A stretch of 64,000 nt of DNA from Antedon mediterranea (Eukaryota; Animalia; Echinodermata): positions 5,456,001-5,520,000 of the forward strand of contig NC_092672.1 of the NCBI RefSeq assembly GCF_964355755.1, in the 5' to 3' direction. Below the pieces are notes generated by a model. It searched no databases, was not told the DNA's origin, and saw only the letters and a program-made list of their open reading frames with translations. Positions 1 through 11,735 of this stretch are shown in pieces. Numbering within the stretch: the first letter of the stretch is position 1; every line of letters begins with the position of its first letter. The position numbers and the translations under genes are program-made.

Positions 1-81
1 ATAAAAAATACATTACATTTCACAAATTAAATCTACAATCGCCGCAACTTCTTTGCTCCCTTTCACACTACTACCACTTAC

Positions 82-1696
82 CTTCGCTCTGAAAGCCAGT
101 GATACTGCTGGTATCATCACGATCAGAATAGTCATGTGAATCCATCGTTGACTCATCAAGACTAACATTTGAAGGGGAAGCTAAACAACAAAAAATAAAT
201 AATATTTAAAGATTTACATTTTACAGACAGAAAAAAATTACAGGATAACATTAATCCATTTTGTGCCTTTTACATTCTTTGCTGATGGTTCAGAGCTTAG
301 AGGTGCCCTGCAATTTGCGCTATATAAATTGAACATTACAGTATTATTACTATAACAATTAGTTACTCATAAGGAGTGACTTGTCGCCAGCACTTTTCAC
401 TAGACTGTAGATGAAGACTTACCCGTTCTATCTTCATCAATTAGAGCAGTAACATCCCTGTGGCGTAGTGGTTCATGTCTATTGAGGTTTGTTGACATGG
501 AAGACTCTAAATTTTAAAATATATAGAACTGCACTGATTAAGATAATAGCCCACCACCCTAAAGCTCTGTCTATAAAACTATCAAACTAGTTTGACAAAA
601 AAACTGTTCCAAAATATGGTAGTGATGTTCCCAAATATGGTAGTGATACTGACATCATAATGTCCATATATGGGCACATCACATTTTGTTTTTTTCACAT
701 AAAGTTTGATAGTGTAGGGAGAGCTTTAGGACAATACAGTAGCTATTATTTATTTATTTTTTTTAAATATTTTTTTATTTACATACTGGGCTTACAATAC
801 AGAATATCTGAAAAAATGCTTTTATTGTTTTGGGTTTTTTTTTTCATTAGATAAAATATTAAATGGAAAAGGATGGCAAAAAGAGCAATACTTGTATATA
901 CAATTGTTTGGCCAATAAAAAAAAGGCACACTTTACTAAACTTATGGTGGACTTGTACCTCCATTGAATTCAAAATATTATTTATATACCATCTTTTTTA
1001 TGTATATTTTCTGATGTTTTGTGTTGACTTGTATTCTCTGAGCTTCCTGGCAGACTGTTGGTGTTCTCATTACTATCAACACCACTTGTCTCTCCTTGCA
1101 CAGTGTCATTACTACTTGATGCCTGACTTCCATTTTCTGCTTTGTCTCCTCTTTCTTTGTTATCTGTAGTTTTTTTCTTTTCTTCTTCATCCTTATCATC
1201 TTTCGTCTCTTGTACTGGAATCCATTTATAGACCTTTAAAGTGGTATCTCGAACCGTAACCCACTTCTTTTCCCTATAAAAATGGAATGGTATCAATTTA
1301 TTTGTTTTCTGTATTCGGAACAAACATAAATTAATAATACACAATTAATAAATATTTGTTTAAAAAATAAATTCAATGCAAGATACTAAGTAAGGTATAA
1401 TAGTTATTGTAGATAGGCTGAAGAACGCTAACTAACAATAGCTGTACAAAAAAAAAAGAGTTCGGGACTAAACGACCTGGCATTTCAATGGCTAGTTCTC
1501 TCAGATCAGGAGAATGCATCGTTTTTGCTTCTTCTTTGTTTGTTAGGCCTAGAGTAGCAGGCTGCCTTAGGCCTAACCTACATTAAATTCAAACTAACCA
1601 TTTTCTAACTTTATCTATAGCTTGCATAACACGTTTGATTTCATCTTTGGCACGACTTCGAGTTTCAGCTCGTACAGAACGAGAAGATGTTAACAT
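82..1696 (-). CDS. BCL7: BCL7-family protein (BAF/SWI-SNF subunit), spliced
   Basis: Exons 1696-1599, 1273-990, 506-423 and 180-82 with GT-AG borders and consistent phase. The N-terminus [52 protein letters not shown] is the BCL7 N-terminal motif. The low-complexity C-terminal exons are less certain; the gene may end just after 82 (GKW*) or continue beyond the window. Confidence 0.85.
563..725. mobile_element. MITE family A (PIF/Harbinger-like, about 140-165 bp)
   Basis: TIR AGCTCTGTCTACACTATCAAAC...GTTTGATAGTGTAGACAGAGCT flanked by TAA/TTA, with internal CCCAAATATGGTAGTGAT repeats. About 13 copies or fragments in the window; partial ones lie near 30866-30973, 31695-31740 and 38937-39015. 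Confidence 0.8.
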
Positions 1697-2407
1697 TTTG
1701 ATGTTTAAAAAGACGCCGGTGGTGTTGACACGAACAAAGTAAACTTTAGATTTCTGTATGCTGACCTCTGACATTAAAATAACTAATTCTATTCGCACTA
1801 CGGCCGTGTATAAAATAACAGGGAATTGTATTGTCATTATACACATAGCCGCCGTGCTTATAACCTATGGCCTACTATATGCTAATTTTTGAAAAATAAA
1901 ATGGTTTTCTCTCGCGACACATGTTTTAAAACTTGCTAGGCCTAGCCTAGCTCTATTATTAATAGAGTAATTGAGGTTTGTTTGCTATGTGATGTACTTT
2001 TAATTTTACTTAGGCCTAGGCATATGATTATAAAATTGTATTTATTTAGATTATAAAATAATTGTCCTCTAGGCCTAGGCCTATCTAGCCGAGTCTATCG
2101 CTGCTACTACTATCTCTCTAGCTAGCCTAGGCCTACCTAGCCGGCCCACCACCCACGTAGGGTGGGTTGAACCGTCCTGGATAATTCTGTTTAATCATTT
2201 TCCTTCCAGCTCAGCAATCTAATTAATAATATAAAATTAAATCATGCATATATAGGTCTATATATAATACATTTTATATTAAATTTAAAATTTGTATCGA
2301 TTTTGTTTTGTTTTTAATTTGTCGAATACTACAGATTAATAAATCTTAAATGTATTACTATTAGTCTTCCTAAAGTAAATTGGCCCGTTGCTATTTTCCC
2401 TGACATT
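1697..2407. promoter_or_regulatory. Probable bidirectional promoter between BCL7 and TADA2A
   Basis: Head-to-head start codons 712 bp apart; GC-richer patch at about 2070-2180. TSS positions unknown. Confidence 0.55.
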
Positions 2408-5400
2408 ATGTCGCTTCAAGAAAGAGATAGCAAGCCCTGCCCTGGGTGCTCGTCATGTCTCATCGAGCCCTACATCCGTTGTATAACATGCCCACCTCCA
2501 AGTGTCTGCATCTGTTTACAGGTCAGTTTTTGAAAATTTATCATTTTTTATATGAATCTTTATGACAATTCAATACATACATTAGTCCTTAATTACTGAA
2601 ATAGCTTTTTTGGAGAACAATTTTAAAAGCTGTTTACGTGAGTGGGTCTTGCGGGTGCTATTATCTGTATAATAATGTGTTCACCATCTAGACTGTAATT
2701 TATCCTATAGTTTCTTTAGCATTCAGACGCTGAAAGTGTAAACTAAATTATTATGTGTAATTTTTTTTATTAGTGTTTTTCTCATGCTTGGGAAGATGGA
2801 AAACATCAGAGCGATCATGACTATGAAATTATTGTTAGTATATTCTTTAAAAATTCTTGATATATATGACATAATTATTTACAATGTTTATTATATTATA
2901 TAAATGTATTTTATTATTCTTGTATTTTTATATGATCAATTTAGGCTAATCAGTTTTCAATCTTGGATCCAAGCTGGACAGCTAAAGAAGAACTCAAATT
3001 CCTGGAAGCTATTGGTGACTGTGGCCTTGGTAACTGGTAAGAGGAACTACCATGATATCATTTTCTTGTTTTTATTACAAATACACTAGTCTTACCTCTT
3101 TCTGTTAAGGCTAGTGGCAAATAAAGCAGCCTCCCCCTTCAATATTCACAGAGACAAACATATACACAAGATGCTCTACACAAACAAAGTCTTATTACAA
3201 GTCTTTGGGAGTGAAGTTGTTGTGTTGGGACCCTAGGAGTGTTAGCCGAGCATCTAAACCACCAACTTTTCTTTACTATAAAATAATCTTTATTCCTTCC
3301 TTGTTTTTATTACAAATACCGAACTAGTATTTTTTTTAAATCTAGGCAAGATGTAGCAGTTCAAGTTCAAACTAAAACAAAGTTAGAATGTGAACGACAT
3401 TACCATCGTGTCTTTATCAACAACCCAAGAGGACTTTTTCCAAGTAAATGAATTACCTGCAATATTATAATTATAATATCTTAAATAACTTAACCTTAAC
3501 ACCCTAATGATAATTGAAATATTTGCATTACTATTTTTAAAGATCTTGTACTTTCTACTTTTATAGCTTTGCCTCAAACGACTGTGGTACGGACTTATCC
3601 AATAGTTTGCCGTGGTAAGTAGTACAATGTACAGTACAGTTCACAAAACCAAACTTGCCTCACCAAAATGTCAAGCACCATTCTAGAAATGTAAAAACAA
3701 AACTTTTCAATCAATTTTCACATAATATACAATGCTTTACTAGTAAAGTAATGTTTGTTTCCCCAAACAAAATTATAAAGTAAAATTTAGAATGTCTTGA
3801 CATTTTCAGTTTCTAAAATATATAAGGAATTAATATTAATAACTAATTATCTAACTCAATTTAATTAGTAAACAGGGTTACATCAGGTGGTTAAAATCAG
3901 TACCGAAAGTACGAACTAACTTTATATACCATCGAGTAAAAATTCTAGAAGTAAGGCGCGATTTACCGAATTTTGCCCTTACGTAAATTTATATATAGAT
4001 GCATCACTTGTGATTAACAAAATACTTATATTATGCACACTGTTCTTCTAGTGAGTGAAGACCCGCCCAGGCCTTTAAAAGAAGCACAAAGAGCTGATAT
4101 GGCTGGATACACACCTGCCAGAGGGGACTTCAATGCTGTGAGTACCATATCTGTTTCTTACTGCAGCTTTATGGAAAGCAAAAAGTTAAAGTAAAAAAGT
4201 GTATAGAGCTTGGTGGTTAAAATGCTTGCCTTCCAATCCCAAGGTCCAGGGTTCAATCCTGACCTAGTGAAGCATTGTTGTGTAACTCACGACTCTTTCA
4301 ACTCCACTCTCTAAGCCTCAAATGAGACTTAGTTTATAAGCATGATCAATAATAAAACAGTTTATCCATCCTGTAATTGGTGAGTTACTCGCTGTTGGAT
4401 GCGTATGAAATATACAAAATAAAAATAACAGTGGAATAATAGTTAGCAATGTTGTGTAATTTTTGTTTAAGGAATTTGACAACTACGCTGAACATGATGT
4501 ACTAGATATCTACTTCCAAGGAGAAGAAGAAGAACTACTGGAGGAGTTGAAAATGGCTGCTGTTGACATATACAGTGAAAGGCTACAGGAGCGACAGAGA
4601 AGGAAACGGTAGGGATAACAAGCAGATGTATGCCTAGTGTTATTTTATTTAACCTTATTTAAAGAGGTAACCCTAAACAGCATATGCTGACAATCAAGAG
4701 GCCCTCATATAAACATATAAAACAAACACATATGAAAAAAATATACAAAAATATATTATACAACTATACAAAAATGTACAGTACACTGTATTATACGTAG
4801 AAATTTTCTTTTGCCGTCAAATACCATTTTAAAACAGACTTAAAATAATTTATTGACACCGCATTTCTCCGTTTGGAGGGTAGAATATTTAGATGATGAT
4901 TTAGAATATCAGACTGACTCTTTAAATCGAACTCTGTCCTGTTCAAATAACAACAAAAATTAAAGACACTAATAAATCAATATAAATCAATCATTGGTAT
5001 AAATTATAAAAATCATTTATGCTTTGTGTTTTTCAGAATGATAAGAAATTATGGTTTAATAAATATTTCAAAAATACAAAGTAAGTATGATATAACTAGT
5101 ACAATTATTTTAAACCCAAAGGCTACTACAAAGATATGCTGACAACCTAGAACCCACAGCCTAACATTTGTTTAGTCATCATCTGGCCCTAAAATAGGAC
5201 TAAATTGACCCTTCAATGACACAATAAATTATTAATATAACATAACAAGTTATAGTATAGGTCATTGCAAATCAAAAACTTCCTATGCATAAAATAGACA
5301 AAATAAAGCTCTGTCTACACTATCAAACTTTATGTGTCAACAAAATGTGATGTGCCTAATATGGACATGATGATGTCATATTACTACCACATTTGACCAT

Positions 5401-8400
5401 ATCACTACCATGTATATCGACACATCACATTTTTTGTCACATAAAATTTGATAGTGTAGACAAGGTTTAAGAGATGGCAGCATACACAATTTGATTTAAT
5501 GTTATTCATTGTTTAGTGACTGAACTTGGTTATGACAAAATTACGAAGGAGTTAAATAGATGTCTGAATCCATTCATTAAGCTACAGACGCCACTTGCAC
5601 ATGATAAGTTATTAGAAGGAATGATATGTAAGTTCACTATTTTTTGTTTAAAAATATATATTACTAATTTAAATACCCAATTTAATGTATATTTAATAAA
5701 AAATTAAATTGAAAAACTTATTTTAATTTAATTTATGTCATATCAAAGGGTAGTCAAAACTTGTTTCTAGTTGTCTGCCCTCCTCCTGTATGTCGTTTAT
5801 ATATAAGCGTGTCGGCTAAGCCATTGTCAGTGTTTTTCTTGCAGCCTTTAAAGACAAGGCCTCTTTACGTCTCTCTAGCCTGGCCTTTACTTGCTATGCC
5901 TAGTCCTAGTAGCCCACTAGATGGGCCCGGCCGGACCTAGACCAGAGAGAGGGCTAGGGAAGGAGGCTAAACTAAAATCTTGCTAGGCTTGCGTCATATT
6001 CAAGGACATTATCATCCCGTTTGTATTATAGATAGAAGATGGTTGAGATTATGGGTGCAAATGTAGATTTATTTATGTTTTAATTAATTATTTGATTTTT
6101 GTTGCAGATGAAAATGATCTAAAGAAAGAAGTTAAAAGATTGCAAGAATTTCGACGGAATGGAATTGTATCTTTTAAAGGTTTTCTGTGCTTCCATAGTA
6201 TTTTATTATTATTAATTTGTCGTTGTTTTGCTTTACATGTTTGTTTGTCTTGTTTTGTTTCTGTTTGTTTAAACTCCAATATGATTACAATTTCTTAACT
6301 GGCTACCCGTCACAAGTTTTTTTGGAGGGAAACTTCCAAATGTTATTACTTTCTGGGTGTTGCCTCTTAATTATTTATATTTAAATTGTTATTTTGTTTA
6401 CTTTGAAATGATAAGAAATAAATGTTATTATGAATGAATGATGAATGAATGAGGTATCTTAATACTATCCATAGTACCCATATATTCCTGTGAGGCAAAG
6501 TGAAAACATTGTGCACTTATATGGATGTTATTAACTTATATTTTTGATCTTTACACTATTTCAGGTGCTAGAATATATGACCAATTGAAACGTCGACGAG
6601 AACGATCCAAACAGCAACGAACCAATCAGCTAAGCCAAGTACTTAGTAGTCTAGAAGATCCAGGGGCCTGCTGTCAAATGTTACAACGCTTTGCTCTCAT
6701 GTATGTATTCAACATGTATTCCAGTTATTAAGTTTTTCCGCCATATATTTATATTTAGCAAGATAAACATCCTATTTATATTGCCATGACCTTAACCTAT
6801 CAAATACATATGTTTAGCACCAAAGTAGTTATTTATAGTGAAATGTTTTTAGGAAGTGCCTAAAATGTATTCAAACAACTTTATCGATCAATGGCAAATA
6901 TTTAAATGTTAATTTATAGAATGACTCATTGACTATACAAGCATAACATGAACCAAAATTATGTTAAGTTATATACATAACACATAACATTCATAAATTT
7001 GTGACAGAACACAGAACAGCTGATGATGCAGTGAATCACCAAATATCTCGGATATATTTAGAGGTTTTTTTTTTATAGTGTGAATTATATCATAACATTA
7101 TGTTTCCCAAGATATGAGAGCATTTTCTTATTAAGAACATATGTAATACATATATAATACATTTATTAATTTTACATTTATTATATTATTATGACCTGAA
7201 TGAATCATTTAATATTTATTTCCTTTCAAAATAATGTTTCCTCACATTTTTTGAATTTATGACATTACATCTATATATTTGAGGATATTTGTCCCAGAGT
7301 ACTAAATTAGCCAGTCCTGGGATATTAGATTTTTTTTTCAGACCTTAAATGATTTAGGTCTTATAGTGTATTACAAAATATAAACATATCTAACATTGAT
7401 AATAGCACCACCATTATTTTTGGACAGCAATGAACAAAATGTTTATATATATTATAGGAAAGATGCCTCCATTTACATTAATTGAGTGTTAAAATAGTCT
7501 GTATATTTTGTATGAATTATTTTTCAGTGAAGCAGGGCATACAGAACTACCTCCTATTATTCCATCAATGAGGCGAACAGCGCCACCACTTAATCTTCAA
7601 GAATTTCCAGGCTTTGAGAAATTGAATGATAAAGAAAGAGAGGTAAGATTGATGTCTTTGTACAGAGCTCAATATGAGTCTCAGCTCAGTCAAAGTCGAC
7701 ACATTGTAAGAGTGCTTTATATACTGTATACAGTATTATATTGACTTGCATATAGGTCGCACAAATACACAAATTAGATTGAGAATTTTCATAATCAAAT
7801 TGTACATTGTCTTTGTATAAATGCATTTAGGAAATACAAAATTAATCATTATTTTTAAAATATTATATATATATAGCCTGCATAAGTGCTACACTACGTT
7901 TCAATACTGAACTGGCATTTATCAATCATAGTTAAGAAATTCTTAATTGAAAACTGAGGTTTTAATATCAAAACAGTTCTTTTTATCTTATGAATAAACC
8001 TAATCTAATATTAAAGGAAAAAGAAACCGCCCTTACAATACTTCCTTATCTTGAAAGTTAACTTGAGCAAAATCAAGATTATTTTTAACTAAGCATTTTG
8101 GATAAATGTGACACATAGCATCATGAGGTACTTTATATCTGCATGTATCATTTGGCATGAAATGAATGGACTTAAGCTGTGTCCGCATGGTACATTTATT
8201 GTTGGTATGTTTTTTCAGATGTGTGCATCTGTAAGAATAATACCAGAAGCTTACATTGAGTATAAACGCATCTTCCAGGCGGAATACAACAAGTTAGGGT
8301 GTCTAAAGCTCAAACACGCCCGCAATCTTATACGCATTGACGTCAACAAGACTCGAAAGCTGTTTGATTTCCTCGTCAAGGAATGTGTAATTAGCACAGG

Positions 8401-8452
8401 TGATCAAGAAGATGCACAGAGCATCTCGTCTGGTTTGCCTTCTCCCAGCTGA
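2408..8452 (+). CDS. TADA2A: Transcriptional adapter 2-alpha (ADA2a, ATAC complex)
   Basis: 13 exons: 2408-2521, 2774-2833, 2945-3036, 3346-3443, 3567-3614, 4052-4137, 4472-4608, 5037-5080, 5517-5627, 6108-6179, 6565-6700, 7528-7642, 8219-8452. Motifs: ZZ finger (CPGC...CITC...CLQCF...HQSDHDY), SANT (WTAKEE...GLGNWQDVA), GYTPARGDFNAEFDNYAE, and SWIRM (ARNLIRIDVNKTRKLFDFL). Confidence 0.95.
4201..4410 (+). mobile_element. tRNA-derived SINE (degenerate) in a TADA2A intron
   Basis: Pol III A/B-box-like TGGTGGTTAAAATGC...GGTTCAATCC followed by a non-tRNA body; no intact cloverleaf. Confidence 0.5.
5307..5467. mobile_element. MITE family A copy
   Basis: Same TIR and internal motifs as 563-725. 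Confidence 0.8.
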
Positions 8453-8477
8453 AAATAGGAGATGTTGCAATGGCATA

Positions 8478-8627
8478 AAACTGATGTAAAGCTTTATGAC
8501 GAAAAAATGTGATGTGCCCATATACGGACATGATGATTTATGATAACTACCATATTTGGGCATATCACTACCATATTTGGGCACATCACATGTTTTTGTC
8601 AAACTAGTTTGATAGTGTAGACAGAGC
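8478..8627. mobile_element. MITE family A copy just 3' of the TADA2A stop codon
   Basis: Right TIR GTTTGATAGTGTAGACAGAGCT intact; left TIR eroded. Confidence 0.75.
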
Positions 8628-8780
8628 TTAACTGTAGTGTTGAGAAGTAGGTAGTGTAGCTTATCTAAGAACATGGTTATTTCTACAGGAAAGTAGAGGG
8701 AAAGGGGAATATGAATGGTAGCCCCCACATTTGCAATGATTAGGTGTTCCATTGGCACTGAACAGATATAGAACCTTCCT

Positions 8781-8940
8781 AAAGCATGGTTCCCACAAGA
8801 GACACAATGCAAGGATGTACGTTCAATGCAAGCAAGTTGACCAATGACAAGCCACTGTTTAAACAATCCATCACTTGTGATTCATCAAATTACTTATACT
8901 GCGTTACGCCCGTGCTTTGCGCCACTAGCGGGAACCAAGC
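8781..8940. mobile_element. MITE family B (Harbinger-like)
   Basis: TIR AAGC(A/T)TGGTTCCCAC...GCGGGAACCAAGC and internal GACCAATSACAAGC; second copy at 23951-24108. Confidence 0.65.
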
Positions 8941-9012
8941 CATGTCTTAATATGAATGGAGGAACAAACCGACAAATCATGTAAAAACGGTGTCAGAGAT
9001 CATAACCCAGTG

Positions 9013-9305
9013 TAAAGTTGGTTTCTGTATGATCGCTGCGTCTCTGAGGCAATTAGTAGTTATCCGCTTTTCATTGCAAACAAATCAGAAAAGTTGAACA
9101 GGATTCAACTTTGATTTGTTTGTGTCCAATCGTAAGCAATGATGTCTGATTGTACAGAATATTGTCTGTGTAATCATTCATTGCAAGCTACATAACCAAT
9201 GCAAGGAAAACCTCAAAGCATTTTCATATAAACACTACCAACTATCGCTGACACGTATCGGCGACTGTCCCAGATGCAGTGGAACGATTATATGGAAACC
9301 AGAAT
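9013..9305. mobile_element. MITE family C (Harbinger-like)
   Basis: Degenerate TIRs TGGTTTCTGTATGATCGCTGCGTC / GATGCAGTGGAACGATTATATGGAAACCA. Confidence 0.5.
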
Positions 9306-9312
9306 AAACTGA

Positions 9313-9452
9313 AGTTCTGTCTACACTATCAAACTAGTTTGACAAAACATATTTTATGTGCCCAAATATGGTAGTGATATGACATCATCATGTCCAAATA
9401 TGGGCACATCACACTTTTGTGTCACATCAAGTTTGATAGTGTAGACAGAGCT
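9313..9452. mobile_element. MITE family A copy
   Basis: Both TIRs present. Confidence 0.8.
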
Positions 9453-10276
9453 TAAAAATAACTATTGCCACAGGTGTATGAAAGAACATATACAACAACC
9501 AGTTATATAAGATACCCATCAGCAGGCCTATTACACTAATTCTATACAGATTAGTTAAATACAGCAGCCTGAGACGGTGTTTATATTACTAATAGATGGC
9601 TATGATTTGTAAAAACATAACCTGGTGTTCCTAGATAAACCTACTATTGAACTAGTTGGCAAATCAGTACCATGTTTTGTACAAACATGTTTACATGCTA
9701 AAGGGGTTGGCACCATGTCAAACTACTATAATCATACATAACATTATTTATATATTAGATTTGTTTCTATTGTGTGCAATTTGAACAGTCAGGGGAAAAT
9801 GGCAAAATGCTTCCTACTTTCTAGGAGTTTTATCAGATAATCTATACTTTTGTAACATGACCACAGTGCTGATTTTGCCATTTTCCCCCAACTGTGAACA
9901 TTAACTCAGTATCTGTTATGAGAATAGCAGAGAATATTGATATAAAATATTAGATAAAAATTAAAAATAAAATAATAATAAATGATGCATTGAAACACAT
10001 TCATTTTACCGCTTGTTACCAGTTTTTAAAATAAGGACATTTTACAGTGGTTTAATTTATTTGGAGATGACGTGAGCTAGAAGTGTTATACACAAATTAC
10101 ATTTAATCGATTTTGAATGAGCCAATAGAGTATGATGCAAAACTAAATAAGAGCTATGGTATATAGTAATTCACAGACTAAATAGTGAATTTGACAGTAG
10201 GTCTGTGATTCACATCCTGCCATGGCAATGCGAAGGGCAAAGGGTCACGCCGGTACGAGTTTGATATAAAAGTGTA

Positions 10277-10760
10277 AGTGTACATTTATTTTTAAATAAA
10301 AAAACAACAAACCAGTACACATATTCTTTTCTAAATAATGATATAACATGTTATTAATTACATTTATTTTTAAATCAATAAAAAATATTAAAAAAACCAT
10401 TACACACATTTTTTTCTAATAATGATATAACATGTTATCAAGTACATTTAATTTTAAATAAATAAACAACAAACCAGTACACATATTCTTTTCTAAATAA
10501 TGATATAACATGTTATTAATTAAATTTATTTTTAAATCAATAAAAAAAAAACCCATTACACACATTTTTTTCTAATAATGATATAACATGTTATCAAGTA
10601 CATTTATTTTTAAATAAAAAAACAACAAACCAGTACACACATTTCTTTTCTAAATATGATATAAATGTTATCATGTAAATTTATTTTTAAATCAATAAAA
10701 AAAAACAGTACACACATTGTTTTCTAAATACATTTAGATACATTTATTTTTAATTCAATA
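10277..10760. repeat. AT-rich tandem repeat, about 160-bp period made of two related ~80-bp subunits, about 3 copies
   Basis: GTACATTTAWTTTTAAATAAA...ACAACAAACCAGTACAC recurs at about 10280, 10442 and 10598. Confidence 0.8.
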
Positions 10761-10869
10761 CCAAAAAAAAATGTTTTAAAGTAACGGTTGTGACGTTTTA
10801 AATTAGTAAAACTCGTTACACACTTTGACGTCATTTGCTTCCTTTGGCTCAACACCTTCGAAACTTATG

Positions 10870-11007
10870 CTCAGACTGTCTATAATATTAAACTATTTTG
10901 ACAAAAAAGTGTGATGTGCCCAAATATGGTAGTTTACGTCATCATGTTCATATATGGGCACATCACCTGTTTTTGTCGTATAATGTTTGATAGTGTCTGT
11001 AGAGGCC
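10870..11007. mobile_element. MITE family A copy
   Basis: Diverged TIRs with the same internal motifs. Confidence 0.7.
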
Positions 11008-11009
11008 TA

Positions 11010-11735
11010 AAGATTTCATCAGTTCTAGAATTCTTTTCAAAAGGCAACTTGATGAATCGCAAACTCATTAAGGCATGATTCGGTCGAAAAAAATCCTACA
11101 AAAATAACAAATGTCTAGTATAATTAGCACGTTCTTAGCAAAGAAGCACGTTATTACCGAATGTCTTTAGTAGAGGGTTGTTGCAGAAGATGTAGAAGCC
11201 GTCATCAAGGAACAAAGCTATATCACTATTTGATGAGGTTTTTACTGTAAACAAACATATCCAAATCATGGTAGTCAACTTGATGAAATAAAATACCCAG
11301 ATTATTGTATGATACCGGAAAGATTTAAGATTTTAACATCTCAATGAGACACGCAGAACATGTTGATGTACACTTGGTATACTACACTGTACTTATGCTT
11401 GTACAGTCTTTATTCCAAAGAGATATTCATTAACTTCTCAATGGAATTGTTCGATAAACAGGACCCTGGTAAAAACCACGCACACAAAGTTGATTAAAAA
11501 AAATGTTGGTGACTCCTGTTTTTCGTTTGATGGGGAAGCATTCCATTATCTTGAGGTATTGGTTTGAGGTAGTTTGTTCTAAAAACCTAGTGAAGAAAGG
11601 AAGCCTCGATGAGCCATTTTGCAGATTGGGAATGCTAATTTCCACAATTGAGGATGTTGTTCATTATACCTATTTGTTTTCTTGTCGTTCGTTTGACAGT
11701 TCTTCAAGGAAATCCATGGGTTAGGTTTCGCTACA
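11010..11735 (-). pseudogene. Decayed adhesion-GPCR-like fragment (GAIN/GPS-TM1-TM3)
   Basis: Minus-strand pieces across frameshifts and stops, in the expected order: TSSIVEISIPNL, STLCAWF, WNKDC...YTKC (GPS-like), GYFISSS*L (TM1-like), KPHQIVI*LCSLM (TM2-like), TESCL/MSLRFIKLPFEK (end of TM3-like). Assignment is by recalled motif pattern only. Confidence 0.5.

Noticed and set aside
660-1199. Short ORFs in the supplied track here and elsewhere (e.g. 25556-25744, 33415-33615, 40524-40769, 61487-61780)
   Set aside because: They are shadow frames of real exons or translations of MITEs, minisatellites and SINEs.
7458-7485. Alternative TADA2A acceptor giving a SWIRM-less isoform (KDASIYIN*)
   Set aside because: Only a weak TTATAG in AT-rich intron; expected by chance without transcript evidence.
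8303-8866. 187-aa minus-strand ORF as a gene
   Set aside because: It is antisense to the last TADA2A exon and runs through two MITEs; no recognisable protein features.
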